DNA of 64,000 bases from an uncultured Holophaga sp. (GTDB lineage Bacteria > Acidobacteriota > Holophagae > Holophagales > Holophagaceae), in assembly GCA_963664825.1 (NCBI GenBank), contig OY761614.1, positions 1,184,001 through 1,248,000 on the forward strand, in the 5' to 3' direction. Positions 1-10,915 of this stretch are shown here, piece after piece. Position 1 is the first letter of the stretch, and each line of letters opens with the position of its first letter. The notes under the pieces were generated by a model that was not told the DNA's origin, searched no databases, and saw only the letters and a list, made by a program, of their open reading frames with translations. The position numbers and the translations under genes were made by a program.

Positions 1-622
1 CCATGCACCAATCGGAAGACAGGCCCAAAGGCGCAAGCTGGAAATGATCCGGCACACCTTGAGGCAGGGCACCGGGGCAAGGCGGTGGAGGTGCGAAGGA
101 GGCAGCCCCTGCTTCCAGCCAACAAGCCTTGAGGCGCTCCAAACGGACGGAACTTGTATGACCATCCCTGTCGGGAAGACGGGTCACAGCCTTCTGTAGG
201 GGCAGCTCAGCCACCCAACGGCGCGATTCGCGGTGCCAGGCCTTGATGCGTTCCCGCACACGGTTTTGGTCATCATCCGTCAGCGCGCGCCCTTTGAGGG
301 GGTTCAACCGCTCTACCAAGGCATCAAAATCCTCCGTCATCTGCTTCACCCGGACAGAGTGGACCTGCTCGAAGATTGCCTCCCGGAAACCATCGCAGAT
401 CCTCATGACCACCTTGAGAGCCTCCTGGATTTGCTCCTCATCATTAGGCTGCATCAGGTGTCCTTCCCGCTTGAGCCGTTCCCGGGCGGCCTTCCCGAGG
501 AGCTGACCGATCTCGTTCAGCCGAGCAGAATCGTCCGGGACGATTTTCGACATTGCAGCCATACCTCCTCCACGGCCAACAGGGCCATTACCCTCGGTTC
601 GGGAACCCACTGCTATTTTCAT
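1..622 (-). CDS. Hypothetical protein of the ssrA-integrated element; 3' end runs off the window
   Basis: Read by hand: the minus frame is open from ATG 622 (ATGA overlap with the integrase stop) to position 1. Alternative ATGs lie at 562 and 553 after GGAGGAGG. It is absent from the ORF track because no stop falls in the window. Confidence 0.55.
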   Translation of the reverse strand, partial: MKIAVGSRTEGNGPVGRGGGMAAMSKIVPDDSARLNEIGQLLGKAARERLKREGHLMQPNDEEQIQEALKVVMRICDGFREAIFEQVHSVRVKQMTEDFDALVERLNPLKGRALTDDDQNRVRERIKAWHRESRRWVAELPLQKAVTRLPDRDGHTSSVRLERLKACWLEAGAASFAPPPPCPGALPQGVPDHFQLAPLGLSSDWCM

Positions 623-1830
623 TGAGGAGGGTTGTGCTTCAGGCGGTCTGCACCACCCTTCAAATCGTCCAGGTAGTCCGCCCAGGCCTGCATCATCTTC
701 CGCCGCCCTTCCAAATGGGCCGTACGATTGTAAGCACGCCCGTTGGGGTCCTTCACAGCATGGGCAAGTTGGTGCTCAATGAAGTCGGGACGGAAGCCTA
801 GCACTTCATCCAAAATGGTGCGGGCAACGGCACGGAACCCGTGGCCGCTCATCTCCTCCTTGCCGATGCCCATGCGCCGCATAGCGGCAAGTATTGCATT
901 ATCGCTCATGGGGCGAGCGCTACTGCGGGCACTGGGGAAGACATACCGCCCCTTCCCAGTCAGGGGCTGGATCTCTTTCAGAATCGCGACGGCCTGAGTG
1001 CAGAGCGGGACAATGTGAGGCGTCTGGGTCTTGGTCACGAGGTAGCGCCACTCGGCCGTTTCGAGGTTGATGTCGGCCCACTGGGCCATCCGCAACTCTC
1101 CGGGACGGACAAAGACGAGGGGAGCCAGTCGCAGGGCACAGCGAACGATGAGACTTCCTTCGTAGCCCTCCATGGCCCGAAGAAAGTCGGCGAACTTCTT
1201 GGGGTCCGTGGTGGCGGCCATGTGCTTGCCTTGGGCTGGGGGTATGGCTCCTTTCAGGTCGCCCGAAGGATCCCGTTCGACTCGGCCCGTGGCCACGGCA
1301 TAGCGGAACACCTGCCCACAGCCGCTCAAGGCCCGGTGTGAGGTTTCCACGGCCCCCCGCGCTTCAATCCGACGCACGGTGGTCAGCAGCTCCTGAGCTG
1401 TGATCTCTGAGATGGGGCGAGCTCCCAACCAAGGGAAGATATCCCGTTCGAAGCGCTTGAGCACTCCAGCCCAATACTTTTCGGTCATGGTGCCCGCGAA
1501 TTTCTGGAGCCATTCGCGTGCAATCAGTTCGAAGGTATTGGCCGCAAGGTCAGCCCTAGCGGCTTTCTGGGCCTTCCGGTTAGTGCTGGGATCCACGCCA
1601 TCGGCCAGAAGCTTGCGTGCCTCGTCGCGCCGCTCACGGGCCTCCTTGAGGCCCACATCTGGATACACACCCAGGGACAGGCGCTTTTCCTTGCCTTCGA
1701 AGCGAAATTTGAGTCGCCACCACTTGCCCCCGCTTGGGGCGATCTCCAGGTAGAGGCTTTTTTCATCCGAGAGCCTGATGACCTTCTCAGCGGCCTTAGC
1801 TTTGCGGATGGCAAAATCGGTCAGGGCCAT
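619..1830 (-). CDS. P4-like tyrosine integrase (Arm-DNA-binding N-terminal domain)
   Basis: MALTDFAIRKAK...LSLGVYPDVGLKEAR arm domain; catalytic motifs VRPGELR, HGFR, EHQLAH, AYNR; lies next to the tmRNA 3' end. Real start taken as ATG 1830. Confidence 0.95.
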   Translation of the reverse strand: MALTDFAIRKAKAAEKVIRLSDEKSLYLEIAPSGGKWWRLKFRFEGKEKRLSLGVYPDVGLKEARERRDEARKLLADGVDPSTNRKAQKAARADLAANTFELIAREWLQKFAGTMTEKYWAGVLKRFERDIFPWLGARPISEITAQELLTTVRRIEARGAVETSHRALSGCGQVFRYAVATGRVERDPSGDLKGAIPPAQGKHMAATTDPKKFADFLRAMEGYEGSLIVRCALRLAPLVFVRPGELRMAQWADINLETAEWRYLVTKTQTPHIVPLCTQAVAILKEIQPLTGKGRYVFPSARSSARPMSDNAILAAMRRMGIGKEEMSGHGFRAVARTILDEVLGFRPDFIEHQLAHAVKDPNGRAYNRTAHLEGRRKMMQAWADYLDDLKGGADRLKHNPPQ

Positions 1831-1890
1831 GGGGGCAACTCCCGAGGGCAACATCCCAGTTGCCCCCAATCTTGCCCCCAGTTGCCCCTG
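1830..1890. repeat. Putative integrase arm-binding repeats (TTGCCCC motif)
   Basis: GTTGCCCCCA 1859-1868, CTTGCCCCCA 1871-1880, GTTGCCCCTG 1881-1890, plus an inverted copy TGGGGGCAAC 1830-1839 touching the integrase start codon. Confidence 0.6.
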
Positions 1891-1993
1891 GATTTCAACG
1901 GATATAAAAAGACCCAATAGGACCATGAATTCAGTTAAATTCGCGATTCTACTGGGTTTTTTGGATGGCTTCGGATGTTCTAGGAAGCCGTTT

Positions 1994-2383
<390 letters not shown>

Positions 2384-2487
2384 AAGGTTCTCTTCCGGGG
2401 CCCCTCGAGGCCCGCCGTGGATGTCTGTGAGTATGGGGGCCCTCGGCAAGGGCCACAAGGGAAGTAAGATGAGGGTCGGGAGTTCCT

Positions 2488-3102
2488 TTGCCTCAGACCG
2501 GATCCATCTTCGTCCTCTCCGCGCCCTCGGGAGCCGGGAAATCGACACTGGCCAAGCGCCTCGTGGCCGAGACGCCTAGCCTCATCTTCTCCACCTCCTT
2601 CACCACACGGAAGCCGCGCCCCGGCGAAGAACATGGCCGGGAATACTTCTTCGTGGACGACGCCACCTTCGATGAAATGATCCAGGAGGACGATCTCCTG
2701 GAGTGGGTGCAGGTCTACGCCAACCGCTACGGCACGGGCAAGGCGTGGCTCCGGGAGCAGGTGGCCAAGGGGCTCGATGTGCTCCTCGATATCGAGACGG
2801 TGGGGGCCAAGCACGTGAAGGCCACCCTGCCGGAAGCGGTGATGATCTTCCTGCTGCCCCCTTCCGCCCAGGTGCTGGCCCAGCGCCTGCGGGGCCGGGG
2901 CGATACGGACGAGGCCCAGATCACCCTGCGCATGGCCCACGCCAAGCACGAGATGGAGCAGTACCCCCAGTACGATCACCTGGTGGTCAACGAGGATCTG
3001 GAGGGGGCCTACCGGCGCCTGGAATCCATCGTCCTGGCCGAGCGGGCCCGCAGGCCCCGCATGGAAGCCACAGCCCGTCAGATCATTCAGACCTTCATTT
3101 AG
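2488..3102 (+). CDS. gmk: Guanylate kinase
   Basis: SAPSGAGKST P-loop, TTRKPRPGE..G.EYFF, RYGT, LDIE motifs. Confidence 0.95.
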   Translation: MPQTGSIFVLSAPSGAGKSTLAKRLVAETPSLIFSTSFTTRKPRPGEEHGREYFFVDDATFDEMIQEDDLLEWVQVYANRYGTGKAWLREQVAKGLDVLLDIETVGAKHVKATLPEAVMIFLLPPSAQVLAQRLRGRGDTDEAQITLRMAHAKHEMEQYPQYDHLVVNEDLEGAYRRLESIVLAERARRPRMEATARQIIQTFI

Positions 3103-3161
3103 TCCGAGACCCGGGAGCGGCAGTGGCATCATTCCAGAAACAGGGCAAGGCGGGGCACACC

Positions 3162-4751
3162 ATGGCGCGATGGATGGGGAAGAACTGGATGTGGACGGTG
3201 GCCCTGGGCACGGCCGTCATTTACGCGCCCCTGGCCGGACGCACCGGTGAGGAGCGGGCCAAGCAGCGCCAGCTCGACACCCTGACCGAAGTCATGGGGC
3301 TCATCCAGAGGGAGAGCGTGGAACCGCCCACTCCCAAGCAGATCACACACGCCGCGATTCAGGGAATGTTGCACACCTTGGACCCCCATTCCAATTACAT
3401 GGACGAGAGCGAATTTCGCATGATGCGGGACGATCAGCGGGGCACCTTCTTCGGCATCGGCTCCATCATCCAGCAGCAGCCCGATGGCATCGTGGTCGTC
3501 AGCACCGTGCGCGGGGGCCCCTCCGAGAAGGCAGGCATCCGCCCCGGCGACTACTTCCGGGAGATCGACGGCAAGAGCACCGAGGGCTGGACCAGCACCC
3601 AGGCCGTCCAGAAGCTCCACGGGGACAAGGGCACGGTGGTGGAGATCGCCATCCAGCGGGTGGGTTCCCCGGGCCTGCTACGCATCAGCCTCACCCGAGC
3701 CGAGATCCCCTCCAATAGCGTTTACTACAGCTTCATGCTCACCCCCACCACGGGCTTCATCACCATCAAGGATTTCGGGGAGACCACTTCGGAAGAATTC
3801 GAGAAGGCCGTCTCCGCCCTCAAGAAGCAGGGCATGAAGGAGCTGATCCTGGATCTCCGGGGCAATCCCGGCGGCATCGTGGACGCCGCCGTGGGCATCT
3901 GCCGCCAACTCCTGGGGCCCGACGAGATCATCGTGAGCCAGAAGGGCCGGGAGGGCGTGCTCGTGAGCGAGACCCGCACACCCAAGGGCGCCGCCCTCGA
4001 TCCCTTCCCGCTGGTCGTCTTGATCAACCGGGGATCGGCCTCGGCTTCCGAGATCGTGGCCGGAGCCATCCAGGATCACGACCGCGGCCTGGTGGTGGGG
4101 CAGACCAGCTGGGGCAAGGGCCTCGTGCAGGTCGTGCTCTCCATCGGGAGGACGAGGGGCCTGGCGCTGACCACCGCCCGCTACTACACGCCCTCCGGCC
4201 GCTGCATCCAGCGGGACTACCAGCATGGCCTCGACGACTACCTGCTCCCGGAGGAGGCCAAGGAGACCGCGCCCAAGGGGCCCGAGTACAAGACCTTCCT
4301 GGGCCGGAAGGTCTACGGGGGCGGGGGCATCACGCCGGACTACACGGTGGAGACAGCCAAGCTCACCAATTTCGTCGCCATGCTCCGCATGCGCTACGCG
4401 CCCTTCTTCAAGTTCGCCGTCTTCGAGAAGGACCGCCACGCGATCAAGGCCCAGGAGGTTCCAGACGAGGCCCTGATGGCGCGGTTCCGGGCCTACCTCA
4501 AGGAGCAGAAGATCTCCTGCACCGATGCCGAATGGAACGATGCGCAGAACCAGTCCGATATGCGGGACCAGATCGCCTTCGAGATGCAGAACATCGCCTT
4601 CGGCGTGGAGGGCGGCTGGCGCTACCTCTGTTCCAAGGATCCCCAGGTGCAGAAGGCCCTGGAGGTGCTCCCGGAAACCGAGCAGCTGATGAAGAAAAAT
4701 ATCCTCGCCCAACAGTTGCAGAGCGAGAAGAACGTCGCGACCAAGATCTGA
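3162..4751 (+). CDS. S41 family carboxyl-terminal processing protease (PDZ + S41)
   Basis: LDPHS, PDZ region, LDLRGNPGG, SASASEIVAGAIQD, WGKGLVQ, TTARYYTPSGR. Confidence 0.92.
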   Translation: MARWMGKNWMWTVALGTAVIYAPLAGRTGEERAKQRQLDTLTEVMGLIQRESVEPPTPKQITHAAIQGMLHTLDPHSNYMDESEFRMMRDDQRGTFFGIGSIIQQQPDGIVVVSTVRGGPSEKAGIRPGDYFREIDGKSTEGWTSTQAVQKLHGDKGTVVEIAIQRVGSPGLLRISLTRAEIPSNSVYYSFMLTPTTGFITIKDFGETTSEEFEKAVSALKKQGMKELILDLRGNPGGIVDAAVGICRQLLGPDEIIVSQKGREGVLVSETRTPKGAALDPFPLVVLINRGSASASEIVAGAIQDHDRGLVVGQTSWGKGLVQVVLSIGRTRGLALTTARYYTPSGRCIQRDYQHGLDDYLLPEEAKETAPKGPEYKTFLGRKVYGGGGITPDYTVETAKLTNFVAMLRMRYAPFFKFAVFEKDRHAIKAQEVPDEALMARFRAYLKEQKISCTDAEWNDAQNQSDMRDQIAFEMQNIAFGVEGGWRYLCSKDPQVQKALEVLPETEQLMKKNILAQQLQSEKNVATKI

Positions 4752-4765
4752 TCCAGGGAGTCCCC

Positions 4766-6790
4766 ATGCGTATTCCAGTCCTAGCCTTCGGCCTCGCCGC
4801 CGCCACCCTCATGGCTTCCCGGCCTCTGCGGGTCGACGACCTCTTCAAGGTGCAGCGAGTGGCCGACCCCCAGGTCTCCTCCAGGGGTGATATCGCCTAC
4901 CAGGTGGCCCTGCCGGACCCCGTCGCCAACACCATCACCACGAAGATCTGGTTCAAGGCCGCCGGGAAACCCGCCCAGGAATTGGATCTGGGGCCCGGCA
5001 GCCAGGATCGTCCCCGCTTCAGCCCGGACGGCCAGCGCCTGGCCTTCGAGGCCCAGGACCAGATCTGGGTGCTGGATCTGGCCACGGGCAAGCGCGCCCA
5101 GATCACCCATCTCTCCGGCGGCGCCTCAGGCCAGATCTGGAGCCCGGATGGCACAATGCTGGCCTTCACCAGCACCACAGTACCCAGCGGGGACGACGGA
5201 GAAAACGCCGCCTACCTGAAGGCCAAGGGGGAGCGCAAGAGCAGCGGCATGGTTTTCGATACGCTGATGTACAAACACTGGATGAGTTGGCGGGACCCCA
5301 AGCAGGTCTCCCACATCTTCGTGGTGAAGGCCGGGGGCAGCGCGCCGAGGGATCTCACGGCGGGTTGGACCGAGGACGCGCCGGGCTTCAATTCCGATAC
5401 GGTGGCCGCCGGGGATGATATCTCCTGGAGCCCCGATTCCAAGGTGCTCGCCTTCGCCAGCAACCTGGAAGCCGGGAAGGCCATCAGTACCAACCACGAG
5501 GTCTTCGAAGTGAGCGCCCAGGGCGGCCCCATCCGCAAACTGAGCAACAACCCCGCGGCCGATTCCACGCCCCGCTATTCCCCGGACGGGAAGTACCTGG
5601 CCTGGCGCGCCCAGCGGGTGCCCGGCTTCGAATCCGATAAGTGGGAACTCTGGGTGATGGACCGCCGGAGCGGCCAGGTGATCCGCACGACGCAATCCTT
5701 CGACGCCCAGGTGAGCGACTTCGAATGGGTGGGCCAGGACATCCTGTTCACCGCCGCCGACAAGTCCCATCAGGAGCTCTTCCGCTGGGATGGCCTGCAT
5801 CAGCCCAAGGCCCTCACGAAAAGGCTCTTCGTGGCGGGCTTCGCGGCCATGCCCGGCGGTCTGAAGGCCCTGGCCCTGGTGAACGATTCGGCCACCCCCC
5901 CCGATCTCTATGAGATCGATCTGGCCAGCGGCACCACCGCCCGGGTCACCCACCACAACGAGGCCCTGGACAAGGAACTGGGCCTGAACCGCGCCGAGGA
6001 ACTCTGGTTCAAGGGCGTCGTCGGCCTCGATGGCAAGGCGCCCAGGATCCACACCCTGGTCCTGAAGCCCGTGGGCTTCGATCCTTCCAAGAAATACCCC
6101 GTGGTCTTCCTGGTGCATGGCGGCCCCCAGGGCTCCAACGAGGACAACTGGCATCCCCGGTGGAACTACCAGGCCTTCACGGGCCAGGGCTTCATCGTGG
6201 TCGCCCCGGATCCCAGAGGCTCCGTGGGCTACGGCCAGGCCTTCACGGACCAGATCAGCGGCGACTGGTCCGGCCTGCCCATGGGCGATCTCATGAACGT
6301 GCTGGATGGCGTCCTGAAGACTGTCCCCCAGGCCGATCCCAGCCACGTCGTCGCCGCGGGGGCCAGCTACGGTGGCTACGCCATGAATTGGATCGCGGGC
6401 CACTATGCGGACCAATTCTGCGCCTTCATCAGCCACGCGGGCATCTTCAACACCCAGAGCATGCAGCTGGCCAGCGAGGAGATGTGGTTTCCCCGGCACG
6501 AATTCAAGGGCTTCCCCTGGGATAGCCCGGAGACCAAGGCCCTGTGGGAGAAGCACAGCCCCCACAACGCCTATGCCGATTTCAAGAAGCCCATGCTCGT
6601 CATCCACGGCATGCGGGATTTCCGCGTGGTCTATACGGAAGCCCTGCAGCTCTACAACGTCCACCAGCTGCGGGGCATCCCCAGCGAGCTCCTGATCTTC
6701 CCCGACGAGGGCCATTTCGTGGCCAAACCCGCCAACGCCATGCTCTGGTTCGATACCATGCTGGCCTGGTGCAACAAGTGGGGGAAGTAG
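4766..6790 (+). CDS. S9 family peptidase with PD40 repeats, secreted
   Basis: Signal peptide, WSPDG repeats, HGGPQ, GASYGG nucleophile, D(FRV), PDEGH. Confidence 0.92.
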   Translation: MRIPVLAFGLAAATLMASRPLRVDDLFKVQRVADPQVSSRGDIAYQVALPDPVANTITTKIWFKAAGKPAQELDLGPGSQDRPRFSPDGQRLAFEAQDQIWVLDLATGKRAQITHLSGGASGQIWSPDGTMLAFTSTTVPSGDDGENAAYLKAKGERKSSGMVFDTLMYKHWMSWRDPKQVSHIFVVKAGGSAPRDLTAGWTEDAPGFNSDTVAAGDDISWSPDSKVLAFASNLEAGKAISTNHEVFEVSAQGGPIRKLSNNPAADSTPRYSPDGKYLAWRAQRVPGFESDKWELWVMDRRSGQVIRTTQSFDAQVSDFEWVGQDILFTAADKSHQELFRWDGLHQPKALTKRLFVAGFAAMPGGLKALALVNDSATPPDLYEIDLASGTTARVTHHNEALDKELGLNRAEELWFKGVVGLDGKAPRIHTLVLKPVGFDPSKKYPVVFLVHGGPQGSNEDNWHPRWNYQAFTGQGFIVVAPDPRGSVGYGQAFTDQISGDWSGLPMGDLMNVLDGVLKTVPQADPSHVVAAGASYGGYAMNWIAGHYADQFCAFISHAGIFNTQSMQLASEEMWFPRHEFKGFPWDSPETKALWEKHSPHNAYADFKKPMLVIHGMRDFRVVYTEALQLYNVHQLRGIPSELLIFPDEGHFVAKPANAMLWFDTMLAWCNKWGK

Positions 6791-6795
6791 CCTGA

Positions 6796-6823
6796 CAGCC
6801 GGGCCCCCACGGGGGCCCGGTTG
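6796..6823 (+). terminator. GC-rich hairpin after the S9 peptidase
   Basis: CAGCCGGGCCCCC-AC-GGGGGCCCGGTTG inverted repeat; weak U tail. Confidence 0.5.
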
Positions 6824-6835
6824 CTATTATCAGGT

Positions 6836-9397
6836 ATGAAACGCGCGGCCCTTCTTCCCCTCCTGCTGGTCATCGGCCTGCAGGCCCCCGCCCAGCCCGG
6901 GCCCGGCATTTCCGAATCGCTGGCGGCAAATCGGCGGGCGCGGATCCGCGCACTGCGCTACGAACTGAGCTTCCTCATCCCAGCGGAGCCCAGGGCCCCC
7001 ATCGAGGGCCGCGAAGTGCTGCGCTTCACCTTGAAGCAGGCGAAGCACCCCCTGGTGCTGGACTTCGCGCCCGGGGCGGCGTCGGTAGCCTCCATCGTTT
7101 CTCCCCGGGGCCCCGTGGCCTGGAGGGCCGCGGAGGGCCATCTGATCCTGCCGACCTCGGCGCTCCGGGTCGGAGAGAACCGCTTCGAGATCGCCTTCAG
7201 GGCCGGAGACGCCCCCCTCAACCGCAACCCGGACTTCCTCTACACCCTCTTCGTACCGGCGAGAGCCCACCAGGCCTTCCCCTGCTTCGACCAGCCCGAC
7301 CTCAAGGGTCGGTACCGACTGACCCTGGAGCTTCCCGCTACCTGGCAGGCGGTGGCCAACGGCGCCGAGACGAGCCGGGAGCTCCTGGGCGACCGCATGA
7401 CGGTGCGCTTTGCCGAGACACAGCCCCTGCCGACCTACCTCTTCGCCTTCGCCGTTGGCGCCTTCCAGGTGGAGACCGCGGAGCGGAATGGGCGCACCCT
7501 GCGCATGTTCCATCGGGAACGGGATGCCGCCAAGCTCGCCCGGAATCGGGAGGCCATCTTCGATCTGCACGCCTCCGCCCTGGCCTGGATGGAGCGCTAC
7601 ACGGACATACCCTATCCCTTCGGCAAATTCGATTTCGTCCTCATCCCCGCCTTCCAGTTCGGGGGCATGGAACACCCCGGGGCCATCCTCTACAAGGAGG
7701 CCTCGCTAATGCTGGACGAGAGCGCCACTGCCCACGACCGACTGGCCCGGGCGGAGCTCATCTCCCACGAGACCGCCCACATGTGGTTCGGGGATCTGGT
7801 CACCATGCGCTGGTTCAACGATGTGTGGATGAAGGAGGTCTTCGCCCAATTCATGGCCTCCCGGATCGTGAGCCCCTCCTTCCCCGAAGTTACCCACGAG
7901 CTGCGCTTCCTCCTGGACACCACGCCCGGCGCCTACCGCGTGGACCGCACGGCCGGTGCCAACCCCATCCGCCAGCACCTGGAGAACCTCTCCGGGGCGG
8001 GCTCGCTCTACGGGCCCATCATCTACAACAAGGCGCCCATCGTGATGCGCAACCTGGAGCTGCTCTTAGGGAAGGCGGGCCTCCGGGACGGCCTGCGCAC
8101 CTACCTGAGGCGCCATGCCTTCGGCAATGCCGCCTGGCCGGACCTCATCGGACTCCTGGCCCGGGGCGGCCATAGGGATCTGCGGACCTGGAGCCGTGTC
8201 TGGGTGGAGCAGGAGGGGCGGCCCACGGTGAAGACCCTGCTGGAACTCCGGGACGGGAAGATCCACCGCCTCGCCTTCAGCCAGGAGGATCCCCGGGGAC
8301 GGGGACTCCTCTGGAACCAGCCCCTCAGGGTGATCCTGGGCGGCCCTGCTGGCGAGCGGTGCCTGGAGGTGAAGCTCGACCGGGCGGTGGTGGAAGTGCC
8401 GGAGGCCATGGGTCTGCCGGCCCCGGAATACGTCCTGCCCAACGGGGGCGGCCTGGGCTACGGCCAATTCGAGCTGGATCCGCGGAGCCTCTCGGCCCTG
8501 TGTGCGCGCCTGCCCGAGGCGCCCCTGAGCCGCGGCGGCGCGCTCCTCACCCTCTGGGACGCCGTGCTGACGGGCGCCCTGCGCCCCCAGGCCCTGGCGG
8601 AATGCTTCCTCGGAGTCCTGCCCCGAGAGACCGATGAACTGAACACCCAGTTCATGCTGGATCATCTGCAGCGCCTGGTATGGGACTTCCTGAGCCCGGA
8701 GGCCCGGCTGGCCCTGGCACCCCGGGTGGAGGGGACACTGCGGGCGGCGCTGGAAGCCTCTCCGACTCCGAGCCGGAAATCTGCCTGCTTCAAGACCTTC
8801 CGGAGCCTCGCCCTCACGAGAGAGGGCACGGACTGGCTGGAGGCCCTCTGGCGGAGGACCCGCACCGTGCCCGGCCTCACGTTCGCCGAGCGCGACGACA
8901 TGGTGCTGGCCCAGGAACTGGCCCTGCGGGAGGTACCGGGCTGGAAGGGCATCCTGAGCGAGCAGCTCGCCCGCATCCAGAACCCGGACCGGAAGGCCGA
9001 GTTCACCTTCCTCCTGCCCAGCCTGGACGCCGATCCGGCCCCGCGCCGCACCTTCTTCGAAAGCCTGAAGGAACTACCCAACCGCAGCCACGAATCCTGG
9101 GTCCTCCAGGGACTGCGGAACCTCAATCATCCCCTCCGGGCGGCCTCGGCCCTCGACCAGGTCCGCCCCGGCCTGGAAATGCTGAGGGAGATCCAGCGCA
9201 CCGGCGATATCTTCTTCCCCCAGGGCTGGGTGGCCGCCCTCCTCAACGGCCACACCTCCGCCGCCGCCGGGGAGGTGAAGGCCTTCCTCGCGGGCCTGGG
9301 CCCCGAATACCCGATGCGGCTGCGCATGGATGTGGAAGTGGAGGCCGACCGGCTGTGGCGGATCCAGCGGGTGCGGAGAGAAGAAGGAAAGCCCTGA
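6836..9397 (+). CDS. M1 family aminopeptidase N-like, secreted
   Basis: FPCFDQPDLK, GGMEH, HETAHMWFG...WMKE zinc motif, IYNK. Confidence 0.92.
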   Translation: MKRAALLPLLLVIGLQAPAQPGPGISESLAANRRARIRALRYELSFLIPAEPRAPIEGREVLRFTLKQAKHPLVLDFAPGAASVASIVSPRGPVAWRAAEGHLILPTSALRVGENRFEIAFRAGDAPLNRNPDFLYTLFVPARAHQAFPCFDQPDLKGRYRLTLELPATWQAVANGAETSRELLGDRMTVRFAETQPLPTYLFAFAVGAFQVETAERNGRTLRMFHRERDAAKLARNREAIFDLHASALAWMERYTDIPYPFGKFDFVLIPAFQFGGMEHPGAILYKEASLMLDESATAHDRLARAELISHETAHMWFGDLVTMRWFNDVWMKEVFAQFMASRIVSPSFPEVTHELRFLLDTTPGAYRVDRTAGANPIRQHLENLSGAGSLYGPIIYNKAPIVMRNLELLLGKAGLRDGLRTYLRRHAFGNAAWPDLIGLLARGGHRDLRTWSRVWVEQEGRPTVKTLLELRDGKIHRLAFSQEDPRGRGLLWNQPLRVILGGPAGERCLEVKLDRAVVEVPEAMGLPAPEYVLPNGGGLGYGQFELDPRSLSALCARLPEAPLSRGGALLTLWDAVLTGALRPQALAECFLGVLPRETDELNTQFMLDHLQRLVWDFLSPEARLALAPRVEGTLRAALEASPTPSRKSACFKTFRSLALTREGTDWLEALWRRTRTVPGLTFAERDDMVLAQELALREVPGWKGILSEQLARIQNPDRKAEFTFLLPSLDADPAPRRTFFESLKELPNRSHESWVLQGLRNLNHPLRAASALDQVRPGLEMLREIQRTGDIFFPQGWVAALLNGHTSAAAGEVKAFLAGLGPEYPMRLRMDVEVEADRLWRIQRVRREEGKP

Positions 9398-9463
9398 GGG
9401 GCTTCCACGATATCCCCCCATACCAAAGTGCGGACAGGGTAGAGGGAAGCGACCTTGGAAGGC

Positions 9464-10798
9464 TCAGAAGCAGTACTTGGCCTGGAGGGAAAGGACATCA
9501 ATATAGCTCCGGTAGGAGCCCGACAGTTTGCCACGCAGGAAGTCCGGGCTGCCGGGCGCGCCAGCTTGCAAGGCCAGAACCGAATCCTGGACGAAGATAT
9601 GGCTGAAACTCAGATCCAGGCCGAAGGCGGGCGTAAAGGCGTAGCCCGCGCCGACGCTGAGCCAGGTTCGATCCGCATCGGGAATGCGGGGCGTGCGATA
9701 GGCATCCGTGGTGGCGGCCTGGTCGTAGGCGAGGCCCGTACGAAGGGTCCAGGCGTCACAGGGACGCCAGGTGCAGCCCAGGGCCAGGAACCAGGTGTCC
9801 TTCCACTTCTCCTCGGTCACGGAGTCGTTCTGGCCGGACGCGAACTGGATGCGGATCTCGTGCATGCATTTCCAATAGGTCCGTGCCGCCTCCGCCTGTA
9901 GCGTGAAGGCGGGCGCGAGATCCCAGGCGATGCCCAGAGAAGCCGTGGCCGGCTGGTTGGCCTTGGGCGTGGCATCCCCATCGGGAATCGCCGTTCTGAG
10001 GACGGCGGGCACGTTCTCGTAATGCACATCACCCTTGAGCTGAAAATCCATGCGCGAATGGTAGGCCACGCCCACGCGAAGGGCCTGGGTGGGTTCAAAG
10101 AGGACGCCCAGCTTGTAGCCGGGCTTCCATTGCTTGCCCTGCACCCTAGCGATGCCGTCCTGGCCGCCCGGCATGAAACCGGGAATTTTTTTGGCCGCCC
10201 CGATGGCGCCGAAATCCACGGCATTGGTCAGTTCGGCATCCACATGCCGGGCCACCAGAGCGGCGCCCAGGGACCACATGGGGTGCACGCGCCAGGCCAC
10301 GTTCGCCCCGATCTCCACGATGGTCATCTTGGATTTCAGGGCGTGGTAGCGGCCAATCCACCCGCTCTCGTACTCGCTGCCCAGGCCGAAGGGACTATTC
10401 ACCGAAAGCCCCAGCTTGAGATTGGCACTGAGGCTCCAGAGCCCGTAGGCCATGGGCACCAGGGTCGGGCATCCCGCGTTGCCGCCGGCATTGCCGGAGA
10501 TGGCCGAGCCCCCCAGGGCCGTGGCCCGGGAGGCGCTGCCATCCTCCAGGCGCACGGTGGGATCGATGCTGCTGAATCCGATGATGGCCTGGTTCCCCTG
10601 GAAGCGGGTGAGGGTGGCCACATTGAAGAACATGCTGCCGATATCGGAGCCCCCGGCGCTGATGCCGGCGAAGGAATTTCCCTGGGCGCTGGGACTCTGC
10701 TCCCGAAGCTGGAAGCCCGAAGCCTTCAGCGCTCCCGAGGCTGGGCCCGCGAGCAGGAGGGCCAGAACACCCTGGGAAGTGCGAAACGTGAGATGCAT
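9464..10798 (-). CDS. FadL/OmpP1/TodX family outer-membrane transporter
   Basis: Signal peptide then SGFQLREQS...GNSFAG, PFGL, RTPRIPDADR, C-terminal Phe. Confidence 0.88.
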   Translation of the reverse strand: MHLTFRTSQGVLALLLAGPASGALKASGFQLREQSPSAQGNSFAGISAGGSDIGSMFFNVATLTRFQGNQAIIGFSSIDPTVRLEDGSASRATALGGSAISGNAGGNAGCPTLVPMAYGLWSLSANLKLGLSVNSPFGLGSEYESGWIGRYHALKSKMTIVEIGANVAWRVHPMWSLGAALVARHVDAELTNAVDFGAIGAAKKIPGFMPGGQDGIARVQGKQWKPGYKLGVLFEPTQALRVGVAYHSRMDFQLKGDVHYENVPAVLRTAIPDGDATPKANQPATASLGIAWDLAPAFTLQAEAARTYWKCMHEIRIQFASGQNDSVTEEKWKDTWFLALGCTWRPCDAWTLRTGLAYDQAATTDAYRTPRIPDADRTWLSVGAGYAFTPAFGLDLSFSHIFVQDSVLALQAGAPGSPDFLRGKLSGSYRSYIDVLSLQAKYCF

Positions 10799-10915
10799 GC
10801 GGAATTCTCCGGGCCAAAATAGGAAAGGGCGGAGACTTCTCCGCCCTGGCAATGGGGACAGTTTGTCCTTCGAAGCAAAAGGGACCCTAGGCCCCTGCTT
10901 GCCTCAGGCAGTATC

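Larger units (their letters stand above)
1..1993. mobile_element. Integrative element/prophage-like island inserted at the tmRNA 3' end; extends left out of the window
   Basis: Integrase gene directly downstream of the ssrA CCA end, with arm-type repeats in between. Confidence 0.8.

Noticed and set aside
3162..9397. Three tandem peptidases as a dedicated processing system
   Set aside because: Unrelated common families separated by a hairpin and a probable separate promoter; no precursor or transporter link seen.
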